Below, piece by piece: positions 1 to 9,883 of a stretch of 64,000 bases of DNA. A program made the translations under genes and the position numbers. Origin of the DNA: Candidatus Babeliales bacterium (GTDB taxonomy: Bacteria > Babelota > Babeliae > Babelales > JACPOV01); NCBI GenBank assembly GCA_050250855.1, contig JBFWNW010000003.1, positions 158,022-222,021 on the forward strand, read 5' to 3'. The stretch's first letter is position 1, and each line of letters starts with the position of its first letter. The notes under the pieces were generated by a model. It did not search any database. It saw only the letters and a program-made list of their open reading frames with translations, and was not told the origin of the DNA.

Positions 1-445
1 ATTTCCAAATTTTATAAAGAAAGTAACCAGGAATATATTTTTCTGCAGAAGATTTTACTGGATACTGTTTTTTAATTATCTTTGGATCTCCAGTACCAGC
101 ATAGGATGACAGAATAATATTTTTAGTATCTTCATCCATACTATTATTCTGCATCAAACCAAGCTTATGCAAATTATCTACTTTTTCTTTACCAAGAATT
201 TCTGTTGTTATAGATTTTCGCTCTTCTTGTGCATTAGACCACAAAGAGCCCTGAAAATTATAATTTTTTTTATCTGCTGCACTATAGCGCCATGTCCAAT
301 AATAATCTGAGGCTTCAACTTTTTCTAAGCTAGACCAAACTTTATCTATTTTTTCTTGCGGCACATCAACGCCATTGCGCAATACTGTTGCTTGTACCGA
401 TAAAACCATAAAACCAGTCAATAAACTCATCATTATTTTTTTCAT
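1..445 (-). CDS. Hypothetical secreted protein, partial (3' end runs off the window)
   Basis: Hand-translated: AAGGA RBS, then MKKIMMSLLTGFMVLSVQA (signal peptide); frame stays open to position 1. Not in the ORF track because it has no stop in the window. Confidence 0.8.
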   Translation of the reverse strand, partial: MKKIMMSLLTGFMVLSVQATVLRNGVDVPQEKIDKVWSSLEKVEASDYYWTWRYSAADKKNYNFQGSLWSNAQEERKSITTEILGKEKVDNLHKLGLMQNNSMDEDTKNIILSSYAGTGDPKIIKKQYPVKSSAEKYIPGYFLYKIWK

Positions 446-461
446 AAAATCCTTTATATAT

Positions 462-491
462 AAAAAAAAGGCAGACTTTCATCTGCCTTTT
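462..491 (-). terminator. Intrinsic terminator after rpsT
   Basis: AAAAGGCAGA-cttc-a-TCTGCCTTTT hairpin followed by a T-tract on the minus strand. Confidence 0.75.
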
Positions 492-519
492 AAATTCTTT
501 ATAAAACTTTCAACTACGT

Positions 520-789
520 TTAACGAGTAGCTGCAGCAACTTTTTTTGCAAGGTTGCTAATTTTGCGCTCTACGGTATTAGCGTGTAAAACGCCTTTACT
601 TTTTGCGCGTGATAATTTTGCTTCTGCATCACGAAGTAACGTTTGCATTTCTTGTGCAGAAAGACCAGTTTCTAAAGCTGCCACAACTTTTTTTATTGCA
701 GTCTTTATTGCTGTTTTACGCGTCAAGTTTTTTTGACGACGTCCAATATTTTGTTTTGCTCTTTTTTTGGATGACTTAAGTCTTGCCAT
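520..789 (-). CDS. rpsT: 30S ribosomal protein S20
   Basis: MARLKSSKKRAKQ...KGVLHANT..RK.S.L pattern, 89 aa. Confidence 0.97.
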   Translation of the reverse strand: MARLKSSKKRAKQNIGRRQKNLTRKTAIKTAIKKVVAALETGLSAQEMQTLLRDAEAKLSRAKSKGVLHANTVERKISNLAKKVAAATR

Positions 790-804
790 TAAAATACCTC
801 TATC

Positions 805-1005
805 TTAAACAACTTTTTCAACTTTACCTGCTTTTACACATTTTGTGCAAACAGCACCACGTTTTACCTTGCCTGGCTCTGTATGTAACTTGAAGCGCAT
901 GGTGTGCACATTCGGGTAAAGCCAACGTTTTACACGATTATTAGCATGGCTCACTAAATTGCCAACGGAAGGTTTTTTATTACAAACAGTACAAATTCGT
1001 GCCAT
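805..1005 (-). CDS. rpmB: 50S ribosomal protein L28 (Zn-ribbon form)
   Basis: MARICTVCNK..GN.VSHANN...R...PN; second CxxC (CTKC). Confidence 0.96.
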   Translation of the reverse strand: MARICTVCNKKPSVGNLVSHANNRVKRWLYPNVHTMRFKLHTEPGKVKRGAVCTKCVKAGKVEKVV

Positions 1006-1071
1006 GATATATTAAATCCTTACTATAATTATGTCTTTAATACTATTACTTTACTAAAACTGATATATTTT

Positions 1072-1872
1072 TCAATCTATTTTTACGTTCTGATCATGAA
1101 AAAAGCTTAAAAGCTTCCTATGCATGAGATCAGCCCCCGCTACATATGATCGATAACCAGGTATAACCGGCTTGCCTGTATAGGTGGAAACTATACCGCC
1201 AGCCTCCTGAATTAGTATTAAACCAGCTGCCACATCCCACCACGATAAATCCTCAAAAAAGATACCATCTGCGCGGCCACAGGCAACGTATGCCTGATCA
1301 AGCGCTATTGCTCCCAGGTGCCTAAATGCATAGGTGCGCGGCGAAATATCCTCAAGATGATGCAGCACACTCAAAAAAGCTTTACCTTTAGCATACGGAA
1401 ACCCTACTAAAAAGAGAGAACGGTCCAATGAACGCTCTTTGGATACCGTAATTTTTTGGTCATTCAAAAATGCTCCTGCTCCCTTTTGAGCGTAAAAAAG
1501 CTCATCAAAAAGCGGTACATAGATCATGCCAAAAACCGGCTGCTGTTTGTAAGTCAATGCTACCGATATGCAAAAATAAGGAATACCAAACGCAAAGTTG
1601 GTGGTACCATCAAGGGGATCTATAACCCAACAATAATCCGCATCTTGATTGCCTCGCTTGCCCGATTCTTCAGCAAAAAATGATGCTTCCGGCATCACAT
1701 TGGCAAGCTCTTGCATTAAAAATGTCTCGCTTGCCAGATCAGCTTCGGTCACAAATCCCTGATCTTTTTTATCACGCCAGGTCATCTGCTTGTGATAATA
1801 GAAAAGAAGAATCTCTCCCGCTTTACGTATAATCGGCTCAACCTGTAGCTTAAGCTCTTTATGCATCAGCAA
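1072..1872 (-). CDS. suhB: Inositol monophosphatase family protein
   Basis: [19 protein letters not shown] and WD.AAG motifs. Confidence 0.93.
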   Translation of the reverse strand: MLMHKELKLQVEPIIRKAGEILLFYYHKQMTWRDKKDQGFVTEADLASETFLMQELANVMPEASFFAEESGKRGNQDADYCWVIDPLDGTTNFAFGIPYFCISVALTYKQQPVFGMIYVPLFDELFYAQKGAGAFLNDQKITVSKERSLDRSLFLVGFPYAKGKAFLSVLHHLEDISPRTYAFRHLGAIALDQAYVACGRADGIFFEDLSWWDVAAGLILIQEAGGIVSTYTGKPVIPGYRSYVAGADLMHRKLLSFFHDQNVKID

Positions 1873-4537
1873 GTGCCTTATCTGTTAAACGAAAACTTTC
1901 ACGCGGTTCAATACCCAAAAGCTTATAAATTTCATCAGCATACAATGTTTCTTTTTCAAGAAGTGTTTTTGCCAAGAGATCAAGCTTGTCGCGATTATCT
2001 TTTAATAATTTCTCAGTTCTTTGTTGTGCATCTTTGAGTAAGTTATGAACTACTTCATCAATCTTTTCAGCAGTTTTTTGTGAATACTCAAATTGGCCGT
2101 TACCTTGATTATAAACAACGGTGCCAAGCTCATCGGTCATACCATAACGGCACACCATATTACGCGCAGCATGTGATGCTTTGTTAAAATCATCAGCAGC
2201 ACCAGAACTCAATACATTAAAAATAATCGTTTCAGCAACACGGCCACCTAAGGCAACCATGATATCAGCAAAAATCTCTTCTTTAGTTGCAAGATATTTT
2301 TCACGGTCAGGTAATGAATAGGAAACTCCTAATGCTTTACCTCGTGGCAAAATAGTAACCTTGTGTAAAGGATCTGCATGATCTGGCAATAAAAGACGAA
2401 TCAACGTATGGCCAGATTCATGGAATGCAACCATTTCACGCTCTTTTGGTGATAACACCACTGAACGCAACTCTTTACCTAATAAAATTTTATCACGCGC
2501 TTGCTCAAAATCTGTCATGCTTACCGTTTGTTTTTCTTGATGCTTTGTTGCAAGCAATGCCGCTTCATTGACCAAGTTTGCCAAATCAGCACCAGAAAAG
2601 CCTGGCGTTCCTCGTGCAATACGCATCAAATCAACATCAGTATCTAATTTTATTTTTTTTGCATGAACAGCAAGAATTTGCTCACGACTTTTAATATCTG
2701 GATACGGCACATCAACTCTACGGTCAAATCTGCCTGGACGCAATAACGCGTTATCAAGCATATCAGGACGGTTTGTTGCCGCCATAACAATAACAGTAGA
2801 ACCTTCTGAATTAAAACCATCCATTTCTGTTAACAATTGGTTTAATGTTTGCGCTCGCTCATCGCTGCCGCCATCAAAACCTGCAACACGCTTGCCACCA
2901 ACTGCATCAATTTCATCAATAAATACTATAGATGGCGAGTGTTTACGCACTTGTGCAAAAAGCTCACGTACGCGAGAAGCACCAACGCCAACATACATTT
3001 CTACAAAATCTGAAGCACTTACGCTAAAGAATGGACAGTTTGCTTCGCCAGCAACTGCTTTGGCCAATAATGTTTTACCATTACCAGGTTCCCCAACAAG
3101 CAATACACCACTTGGCAATGTTGCTCCTAGGCGACGATATTTTTCAGGATTTTTAAGAAAATCTACCACTTCCTGCAGCTCTTCTTTTGCTTCAGGAATA
3201 CCAGCAACATCATCAAATTTCGTTTTTACTTGGGTAGGCATAAACATTTTTGGCTTACTGCTACTTTTACCAAGCATAGCACCACTGCCCATAGAAGCTT
3301 TTTTACGCGATTCTAAAATAGCGGTACGTGCATCAAGTAAATCTTGCATGCCAACTTTTTTCTGATTTTTCTTTGAGCAACTAATAGCTGCTTCATTAAC
3401 AAGATTTTCTAAATCAGCACCAGAAAAACCTGCTGTTTCTTGCGCTAATTGCTCAAAATCAATAGCGTCTTCAACGCGCACTTTACGTGTATGAATTTCT
3501 AAAATTTCTTTACGTGTTTGTGTATCGGGATATTCAACCGTCACCCAACGGTCAAAGCGACCAGGGCGCAAGAGCGCTTTATCAAGCACTTCAGGAATAT
3601 TGGTTGCTGCAATAACAATAACATTAGAATTTAATGCATCAAAACCATCCATTTCAGTAAGCAACTGGTTTAATGTTTGTTCACGTTCGTCATGACCACC
3701 ACCAAAACCACTACCGCGAGAACGGCCAATAGCATCAATCTCATCAATAAAAATAATAGCTGGTGCATGTTTGCGAGCCTGTGCAAAAAGATCACGTACA
3801 CGGGCAGCGCCAACACCAACAAATACTTCTATAAAATCTGAACCGGTAATACTAAAGAAAGGACAGTTTGCCTCACCTGCAACTGCTTTAGCTAATAATG
3901 TTTTACCATTACCAGGTTCACCAACTAATAAAACACCACGAGGAATTTTTGCGCCCAAACGGCGATATTTTTCAGGATTTTTCAAAAAATCAACGATATC
4001 GGCAAGCGCTTCTTTTGCCTGCTTTGAACCAGCAACAGAATTAAAGCCTACATTAATCATAGAAGGCATTACCATACGCGCTCGGCTTTTGCCCATATTA
4101 AAGATGCTGCTCCCACTTCCGCCAGAACCTTGTCCGCGACGGAAAAAGTACCAAACAGCTAAAGGTAAAAGTAATAACAATGATAAAAAGACCATGTACC
4201 ACATGCCATAAGAGCTTGATACCGGGATAACGTGAATATCAACGCCATGCTCTTTTAAAAGATCCCAATTTCTTGGGGTATCAACAATCGTTGCTTCAAA
4301 GCGAGTTCCATCTTTATCATTCAAAACACCGTATACATCTTGTCCTGCTATTTGAACAGATTTTACTTTACCCTGCTCTACCGCAGCAATAAAGCTTGAA
4401 TAATGCATAGTTTTTACCTGACGAGAATAGTCAGTCAAATAGGTAAGCATAATGATACCAAACAGAAATGCCCCTACCATAATAAGGATATTTTTTGGTC
4501 CTTTTGGTACATGATTCATGGTAAATTTGTTTTTCAT
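1859..4537 (-). CDS. ftsH: ATP-dependent zinc metalloprotease FtsH with two tandem AAA+ domains
   Basis: Two N-terminal TM helices; two copies each of [15 protein letters not shown] and [10 protein letters not shown]; one M41 domain (HESGH, ILPRG.ALG). Confidence 0.95.
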   Translation of the reverse strand: MKNKFTMNHVPKGPKNILIMVGAFLFGIIMLTYLTDYSRQVKTMHYSSFIAAVEQGKVKSVQIAGQDVYGVLNDKDGTRFEATIVDTPRNWDLLKEHGVDIHVIPVSSSYGMWYMVFLSLLLLLPLAVWYFFRRGQGSGGSGSSIFNMGKSRARMVMPSMINVGFNSVAGSKQAKEALADIVDFLKNPEKYRRLGAKIPRGVLLVGEPGNGKTLLAKAVAGEANCPFFSITGSDFIEVFVGVGAARVRDLFAQARKHAPAIIFIDEIDAIGRSRGSGFGGGHDEREQTLNQLLTEMDGFDALNSNVIVIAATNIPEVLDKALLRPGRFDRWVTVEYPDTQTRKEILEIHTRKVRVEDAIDFEQLAQETAGFSGADLENLVNEAAISCSKKNQKKVGMQDLLDARTAILESRKKASMGSGAMLGKSSSKPKMFMPTQVKTKFDDVAGIPEAKEELQEVVDFLKNPEKYRRLGATLPSGVLLVGEPGNGKTLLAKAVAGEANCPFFSVSASDFVEMYVGVGASRVRELFAQVRKHSPSIVFIDEIDAVGGKRVAGFDGGSDERAQTLNQLLTEMDGFNSEGSTVIVMAATNRPDMLDNALLRPGRFDRRVDVPYPDIKSREQILAVHAKKIKLDTDVDLMRIARGTPGFSGADLANLVNEAALLATKHQEKQTVSMTDFEQARDKILLGKELRSVVLSPKEREMVAFHESGHTLIRLLLPDHADPLHKVTILPRGKALGVSYSLPDREKYLATKEEIFADIMVALGGRVAETIIFNVLSSGAADDFNKASHAARNMVCRYGMTDELGTVVYNQGNGQFEYSQKTAEKIDEVVHNLLKDAQQRTEKLLKDNRDKLDLLAKTLLEKETLYADEIYKLLGIEPRESFRLTDKALADA

Positions 4538-4707
4538 ACTGTCCTTAGATTAAGTTAAATAAAAAATTATGATCTATCAGTAAGAATTAGGTCTAAAAGA
4601 CCGGTTGTCTTTATATTCTAATTGTACTATAAAAATTACAGAAATAAAAAGGTTTAACGCATATTACTCGTTATTATAGTAAAATAGCTTCATTTTGTCG
4701 ATCTCTA

Positions 4708-6042
4708 TCAACTAACTACTAAAGGAACCTTATAGGCAGGCGACCAGGCAGGATGGTTACAACGATCCTGTGCTGAGGTCAAAAAGGTTCGCTCTTGCGT
4801 AACAAGATTCAGTACCGCTATACGGCTAGCTGAACCTGTCTGCACTGTAAAAGCAAGATAGTTGCCACAAGGGGACCAGGTACATTCTTCTTTATGGTTT
4901 TTATCAAAGGTTACCTGTTCACTTTTTTTGGTTTTCATATCATAGACAAAAATTTGCATAGCCCCATCAACAAACGCACTATACGCTATTTTGCCACTTT
5001 TAGCACAATAGGCTGGGCTCACACAATGGTCGCCATCGGTCAATACTTCTGTTTGCTCGGTAAATGCATGGTAGTAGCACACCTGTGGCCCTTTTTTGTA
5101 AGCATCAGAACAAAAAATAATATCCCCATTTTCACACAACGTTGGACAAACATTATTACCATTATTAGCAGTAATTGGCCGCACTAAAGATTCATCATCT
5201 TTTTGTTCACATACATATAACTGACTTTTTCCATTCAATGAACGACAATAAATAACGCGCTTACTATCTGCAGAAAATGAAGGCAACATATTAAACCCGT
5301 CAAAATTAGAAACGAGTTTTCGTTGTTTGTGCAAATCAACCGACATTAAACGAATGTTAGAACGCGTTGCCTCCGAATATAATAATAATGGTGAAATGCT
5401 GTCTTTGTTCCAGCGCAGGGCAAATGCTCTACCCTTTTCTACTAAGGGCGTGCAAAATTCATTATAGAGTGATTGTGCAGGATCTGCATATGGCGGTGCC
5501 AGGCAAATAGTGCGTGCTCGTTTTTTTTCACCCTGCACTTCTTTACAAAATGCAATACGAGAGGTAAAAAAGCCCTCCTGTCCTGTCAAAAGCGGCCACA
5601 ATTGCCCTGCTAATAATTCTGCTCTGCAGCGCACCGGCATATCTTGTTTTGCAAAACGCTTACCGCGCACCATTGAAGCTACTTTGGTATCATACATGCG
5701 CCACTCTAAAAAATTATCCGCTGATTCAGTTATAAATACCGAAAGAGGAAAACCATCTACGGCCATCTGTTTTACTTGTTTTGTAGTAGGAACTTTTTCA
5801 AACGATTTTACCGTAACTTTAAAACCACTGGTGCGTTGGTTCGTGCGATCAAGCATAATTTTTATATACCGCGCAAACTCATCAAGTTCTGCGGTATGTT
5901 TACCAACGACACCAAGCAATAGAGGCATTTTTTGTTGCTGTTCTTGCTTGCTTTGAATGGTCATGGTTGAGGCTTGCGGCTTTGCATACAATGCTTGCTG
6001 CATTACAAAAATCATTACTAATGACAAAAGCTTTTTTTTCAT
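4708..6042 (-). CDS. tolB: TolB-like periplasmic beta-propeller protein
   Basis: Signal peptide; LTG..G.F.SRIAF junction; PD40-like repeats (PSFSAD, WSPCG, PAWSP); downstream of tolQRA-like genes. Confidence 0.85.
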   Translation of the reverse strand: MKKKLLSLVMIFVMQQALYAKPQASTMTIQSKQEQQQKMPLLLGVVGKHTAELDEFARYIKIMLDRTNQRTSGFKVTVKSFEKVPTTKQVKQMAVDGFPLSVFITESADNFLEWRMYDTKVASMVRGKRFAKQDMPVRCRAELLAGQLWPLLTGQEGFFTSRIAFCKEVQGEKKRARTICLAPPYADPAQSLYNEFCTPLVEKGRAFALRWNKDSISPLLLYSEATRSNIRLMSVDLHKQRKLVSNFDGFNMLPSFSADSKRVIYCRSLNGKSQLYVCEQKDDESLVRPITANNGNNVCPTLCENGDIIFCSDAYKKGPQVCYYHAFTEQTEVLTDGDHCVSPAYCAKSGKIAYSAFVDGAMQIFVYDMKTKKSEQVTFDKNHKEECTWSPCGNYLAFTVQTGSASRIAVLNLVTQERTFLTSAQDRCNHPAWSPAYKVPLVVS

Positions 6043-6073
6043 AATACTCCTAATTTTGTCTAACTACTTTTAA

Positions 6074-6135
6074 GTTCATATGGTTCGAAACGTCCAGACT
6101 TCGTCAAACTACGCTGGACTCCTCACCATGAACGG
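6074..6135 (-). repeat. Palindromic intergenic element (TGAG/CGAA family) with nested GTAG-type hairpin
   Basis: Minus strand CCGTTCATGGTGAGG-ag[TCCAGCGTAGTTTGACGAAGTCTGGA]c-GTTTCGAACCATATGAAC. Confidence 0.85.
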
Positions 6136-6203
6136 GAGAGGGTAAGCAGTTATCAATTTAATTCAAGTTATTAAGCCTTAGACAAAACTAAAATATTTTT
6201 TAT

Positions 6204-6253
6204 CCGTTCATGGTGAGGGTTTTTCAAAGAAAAATGTCTCGAACCATACGAAC
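6204..6253 (+). repeat. Palindromic intergenic element (TGAG/CGAA family), inverted partner of 6074-6135
   Basis: CCGTTCATGGTGAGG-GTTTTTCAAAGAAAAAT-GTCTCGAACCATACGAAC. Confidence 0.85.
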
Positions 6254-6262
6254 TCTATCAGC

Positions 6263-6979
6263 TTACTGCTTAAAGGTAATAACAACTTCCTTGCCCCATA
6301 ACTGTTTTGGAAATTTCATATTCATTAATGCTGCACGCGCTGCAATATCATACGTAATAACAGACGAAGATTCTTCAATACCACAGGTACGCACAGCACC
6401 TTTATGATCAATAACTACCTTCAATGCACAATGCACCGTACTTGCAATGCCAACGGGAGGATGCCATACTTTTTGGATTTCTTGCTCAAGCTGATCTTGT
6501 AAATCGAGCATAATTTTATCATCACGGCCAACGTAAATAATCTGTTCTTCCTGTTTTACCGGTGCGGCTTTTGGTGGCATAGTTTTTTGTACCAGTTTTG
6601 GTGCGGGTTTTTGTGCTATTTTTTTTTGTTCTATTTTTTGCTCAGGTTTTTTTGCTGGCTCAACTTTTTTTTCTGCTACAACCGTTGTCTGTTTTTTTTG
6701 TTCAACTTTTTTTGGCACTGGTTGTTGTGCAGCCTTTTGTTGTGCTACTACTACCGGTTGTTGCGCAATAGTTTTTAATGTTGGCACCAATACTATTTTT
6801 GCAGCATGAGCACGCGGTTGCACCACAAGATGCAGTTTGCTCGGGTGCTGCATTTCATACAACCATAAAATCATACAACAAGCGATACCGTGTAATGTGC
6901 TTGAAAGTACAAAAAGCTTACTCAGATACCGATAGCGTTCAGGCACGCGTTGCAATAGCTTTTTGCATTGCAATATTGA
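6263..6979 (-). CDS. TolA/TonB-like energy transducer
   Basis: TM with S..LH motif, K/Q/P-rich stalk, TonB_C-like end (W.PP...G.V.....SS....D.AA..A). Start codon uncertain. Confidence 0.8.
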   Translation of the reverse strand, partial: SILQCKKLLQRVPERYRYLSKLFVLSSTLHGIACCMILWLYEMQHPSKLHLVVQPRAHAAKIVLVPTLKTIAQQPVVVAQQKAAQQPVPKKVEQKKQTTVVAEKKVEPAKKPEQKIEQKKIAQKPAPKLVQKTMPPKAAPVKQEEQIIYVGRDDKIMLDLQDQLEQEIQKVWHPPVGIASTVHCALKVVIDHKGAVRTCGIEESSSVITYDIAARAALMNMKFPKQLWGKEVVITFKQ

Positions 6980-7379
6980 CATCTTTAATTCCCCCAATAG
7001 TTTTTATGCGGTCAATAACGCCAACCAAAAGATCACAAGAACTTTTTGCGTGTGCATGAACCCAAATACTTTGCTCAGAATTATATTTTTGTGCTACATG
7101 TTTTTTTACCGCTTCTCCTACGGTATCCAAAGAAACTTCATTATTATTAAAAAAGATTTTACCAGCAGTATCAATGGAAATAATAAGCTGCTGCGGCTCT
7201 TTACCTGCTTCTTGCGAAGAACCTTTTGGCAAATCAATTTTTAATGCATTATGCAACATCGGCGTTGCAACCATAAAAATAATAAGCAACGTTAACGCTG
7301 TATCAATAAGTGGAGTTAAACTTACTTCTGGAATTACATTGCGTTGACGTTTGCGTTGGTGGTAACGACGCATCATCAT
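6939..7379 (-). CDS. tolR: TolR/ExbD biopolymer transport protein
   Basis: LTPLID..L.LLIIFMVATP...IDLP. Confidence 0.9.
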   Translation of the reverse strand: MMMRRYHQRKRQRNVIPEVSLTPLIDTALTLLIIFMVATPMLHNALKIDLPKGSSQEAGKEPQQLIISIDTAGKIFFNNNEVSLDTVGEAVKKHVAQKYNSEQSIWVHAHAKSSCDLLVGVIDRIKTIGGIKDVNIAMQKAIATRA

Positions 7380-7383
7380 AACA

Positions 7384-8070
7384 CTACCTTTTTATAAATA
7401 ACATTTGTACAAGCCATGACAGTTTGTCTGCCAAATTAAACAGCTTGTGTTCAAAACTACGCACTTGTGTATTTAAGTAATGGAACATTAAGAGTGCAGG
7501 AATTGCCACTAATAATCCTACCAAGGTAGTAATTAATGCTTCTGCTATACCGGGTGCAATAGTAGCAATATCTGCTTGTTGCGTTTCACTAATACGAATG
7601 AAAGAATGCACCAAGCCCCACACCGTACCAAAAAGACCAAGTAATGGCGCAGCTGCTGCAGATCCTGACAAAATAGGCAAATATGATTCTTCTTGATACA
7701 GCACTTCTTCAATAGTTTGTTCTACATGCTGCATTAAAAGTTCTAATTCATGCTCACTCAATGGCATTAAACTTTCTTTAACTTCTAACAATGATTTTAA
7801 AAATGATAAATTTTTAGCAACAACGTACCCTGGCAGCGTGTGAGAAAATGCTGCAGCCATAGTACGTAGATCATCAAGATTGTGAACCTTTTTTAAATAG
7901 TTTAGCGCTTCTTTTAATTGCCGCTTTTTAATTCTAAACATTACTATTTTGTAAAAAAAGACCGTCCAACAAAGAATAGACATGAATAGCAAAATAAGAA
8001 GCACAAATTTGGTCATGCTATCTGATTGTGCTATTAAATTAAAAAATGCATTACCCTCTAAAAATCCCAT
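7384..8070 (-). CDS. tolQ: TolQ/ExbB proton channel protein
   Basis: APLLGLFGTVWG...F...IAPGIAEALITT..GL.VAIPA. Confidence 0.93.
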   Translation of the reverse strand: MGFLEGNAFFNLIAQSDSMTKFVLLILLFMSILCWTVFFYKIVMFRIKKRQLKEALNYLKKVHNLDDLRTMAAAFSHTLPGYVVAKNLSFLKSLLEVKESLMPLSEHELELLMQHVEQTIEEVLYQEESYLPILSGSAAAAPLLGLFGTVWGLVHSFIRISETQQADIATIAPGIAEALITTLVGLLVAIPALLMFHYLNTQVRSFEHKLFNLADKLSWLVQMLFIKR

Positions 8071-8179
8071 CGCTCTTCCTTTATATAGTGGACAAAAAAA
8101 TTTTTAAGTACTTTTTACACTTTATAGTAGTGTAGCGTAGAGTACAAAACTATGACAAGTATTTTAATACTGAATATGA

Positions 8180-8221
8180 CCCTTCGATACAATTTACTAC
8201 GTAAATCACTCAGGGCGAGCG
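8180..8221 (-). repeat. Palindromic intergenic element (TGAG/CGAA family) with internal hairpin
   Basis: Minus strand CGCTCGCCCTGAG-TG[ATTTACGTAGTAAAT]TGTA-TCGAAGGG. Confidence 0.75.
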
Positions 8222-8235
8222 AAATATAATTTTGT

Positions 8236-8400
8236 ACATTCACTCCGGTAGCGAATCATCAATCTGAAATCGAGGGTTGAAAACCCGAAGAGTGAGTGTT
8301 TGATGCTGAGCGAGAGTGCAATCCAACAGCATGTTGGTGTATTTTTGTCCAGCCCTTTTGTACAAGCAAAAGGGGTTGGTTCTGCCCCGAATAGGGGTCG
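8236..8400 (+). other. GC-richer multi-hairpin intergenic element (MITE-like or ncRNA)
   Basis: Stems ACATTCACTC/GAGTGAGTGT, CCAACA/TGTTGG, CCAGCCCTTTTG/CAAAAGGGGTTGG and GCCCC/GGGGT; G-T pairs favour the + strand. Confidence 0.5.
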
Positions 8401-8456
8401 TGAGATAATGAATACTTAAAAATAAAATATAGTTAGAAAAATAATTATTAAAAAAA

Positions 8457-9860
8457 CTATTCTTCTAGCACCCGTTTTTTAAGCTCAGCTTTATCACTAA
8501 TTCCTTCTTGTACTTGAATGTCGTACGCCTTTTTGAGCAATGCGCCCATACGCGGTCCTGGTTCTGCTACATCCATTAAATCGCGCCCTTGGAGTAATGG
8601 CTTTTCATCCTGCGTAAGAATTTTTAAATTTTTTGCCTTCTTTAAAAATGCTTGAACATCTTTAAAATTTTTACGCAAAGGACGTGAACTTTTAGAGTTT
8701 CTTCCTCGTTTATCAGCTATTGCTAACTTTGCAAGTTGCTCCATAGTAATATCTGGTGCGAGTGCATGCGCTAATCGCCGATAAGCGGGTGGCCGTGCGC
8801 CATTTTCAATAAATTGCATCGGTTGCATATGATGACGCACTAATTTACTCACCGCAGCAATAAGATCTTTATTATGCGTAATACGTTTGAGCATTTTTGG
8901 TGCTATAATTGCACTTTCACCTTCATGCCCCAAACTTTTAATAACGCCCTTAATTTTTTTAGTCGTCGTAACTTTCCCAAGATCATGACACAATGCTGCA
9001 TAGAGCATCATCAGTTTTTCTTTATCATTTTCATACGTAAGCTGCGCGGCCGCATCTAGCGCTTGCATAGAATGCTCAAAAACATCACCCTCTGGATGCC
9101 AACTTTTTTCTTGCTTAACTCCCCGTGTTGCGGCAAGTTCTGGCAATATTTCATCAAGGCGTCCGATTTTTGCAAGCCAACGAATACCATCTGATGGATA
9201 TTTTGATTTAAGCAGTAGCTTTTCAAACTCTGTTTCAATGCGCTCGCGCGAAACATCTTTGATCGACATTTTTTTGCATAATGCGGTCAATGTTTTTGCT
9301 GGTTTAAAACCAAACCTGCCAATAAATTGCATGACGCGGAAAAAGCGTAAGGGATCTTCTAAAAATAAGGTTGCATCTGGTGCGCGTAAAATTCCTTTTT
9401 TTAAATCTTTCAAACCGTGCCAGGGGTCAACTAATTTTTTTGAGCTCAGATCAATTGCCATAGCGTTGATCGTCAAATCACGTCGTGCGCATGCTTTTTT
9501 TATGCCCATAAAAGGATCGATTTCCACTTTTGGTTTTCTGCCAGAAGCATCAGTACGCGGCACGGACCAATCAACATCAAGCTTATGCACGCGCAGAACG
9601 CCGTACACTTTGCCTACAGTGCTCACTTTACCAAATTTTTTTAATAATTTTTCTACCTCATTGAGTGCGAGGCCATGCAGTTCAATATCTAAATCTTTTA
9701 CCGGCAAACCAAGCAGCAAATCACGCACGGCGCCGCCAACAAGTAATGCTTGGCCACCATGAGCATCAATCTCATGTACAATTTTTTTTACTAACGGATA
9801 TTTTCTGAGTATACTGTCAAGGTTTCTTTGTTGTTCGGCCGTAAGGTTTATAGAATTCAT
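8457..9860 (-). CDS. cca: tRNA nucleotidyltransferase (CCA-adding) with HD domain
   Basis: VGGAVRD.LLG...DLD, RRDLTINAMA, EDPLR; HPEGDVFEH and HDLGK. Confidence 0.9.
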   Translation of the reverse strand: MNSINLTAEQQRNLDSILRKYPLVKKIVHEIDAHGGQALLVGGAVRDLLLGLPVKDLDIELHGLALNEVEKLLKKFGKVSTVGKVYGVLRVHKLDVDWSVPRTDASGRKPKVEIDPFMGIKKACARRDLTINAMAIDLSSKKLVDPWHGLKDLKKGILRAPDATLFLEDPLRFFRVMQFIGRFGFKPAKTLTALCKKMSIKDVSRERIETEFEKLLLKSKYPSDGIRWLAKIGRLDEILPELAATRGVKQEKSWHPEGDVFEHSMQALDAAAQLTYENDKEKLMMLYAALCHDLGKVTTTKKIKGVIKSLGHEGESAIIAPKMLKRITHNKDLIAAVSKLVRHHMQPMQFIENGARPPAYRRLAHALAPDITMEQLAKLAIADKRGRNSKSSRPLRKNFKDVQAFLKKAKNLKILTQDEKPLLQGRDLMDVAEPGPRMGALLKKAYDIQVQEGISDKAELKKRVLEE

Positions 9861-9883
9861 GACATTCCTATCTTTTTACAAGG

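Noticed and set aside
83..112. GGATCTCC...GGATGAC resembling a palindromic repeat element
   Set aside because: It lies in frame within the partial CDS at 1-445 and has no proper stem; probably chance
2892..4211. Two similar + strand ORFs (157 and 146 aa) that look like paralogs
   Set aside because: They are antisense shadows of the duplicated FtsH AAA modules
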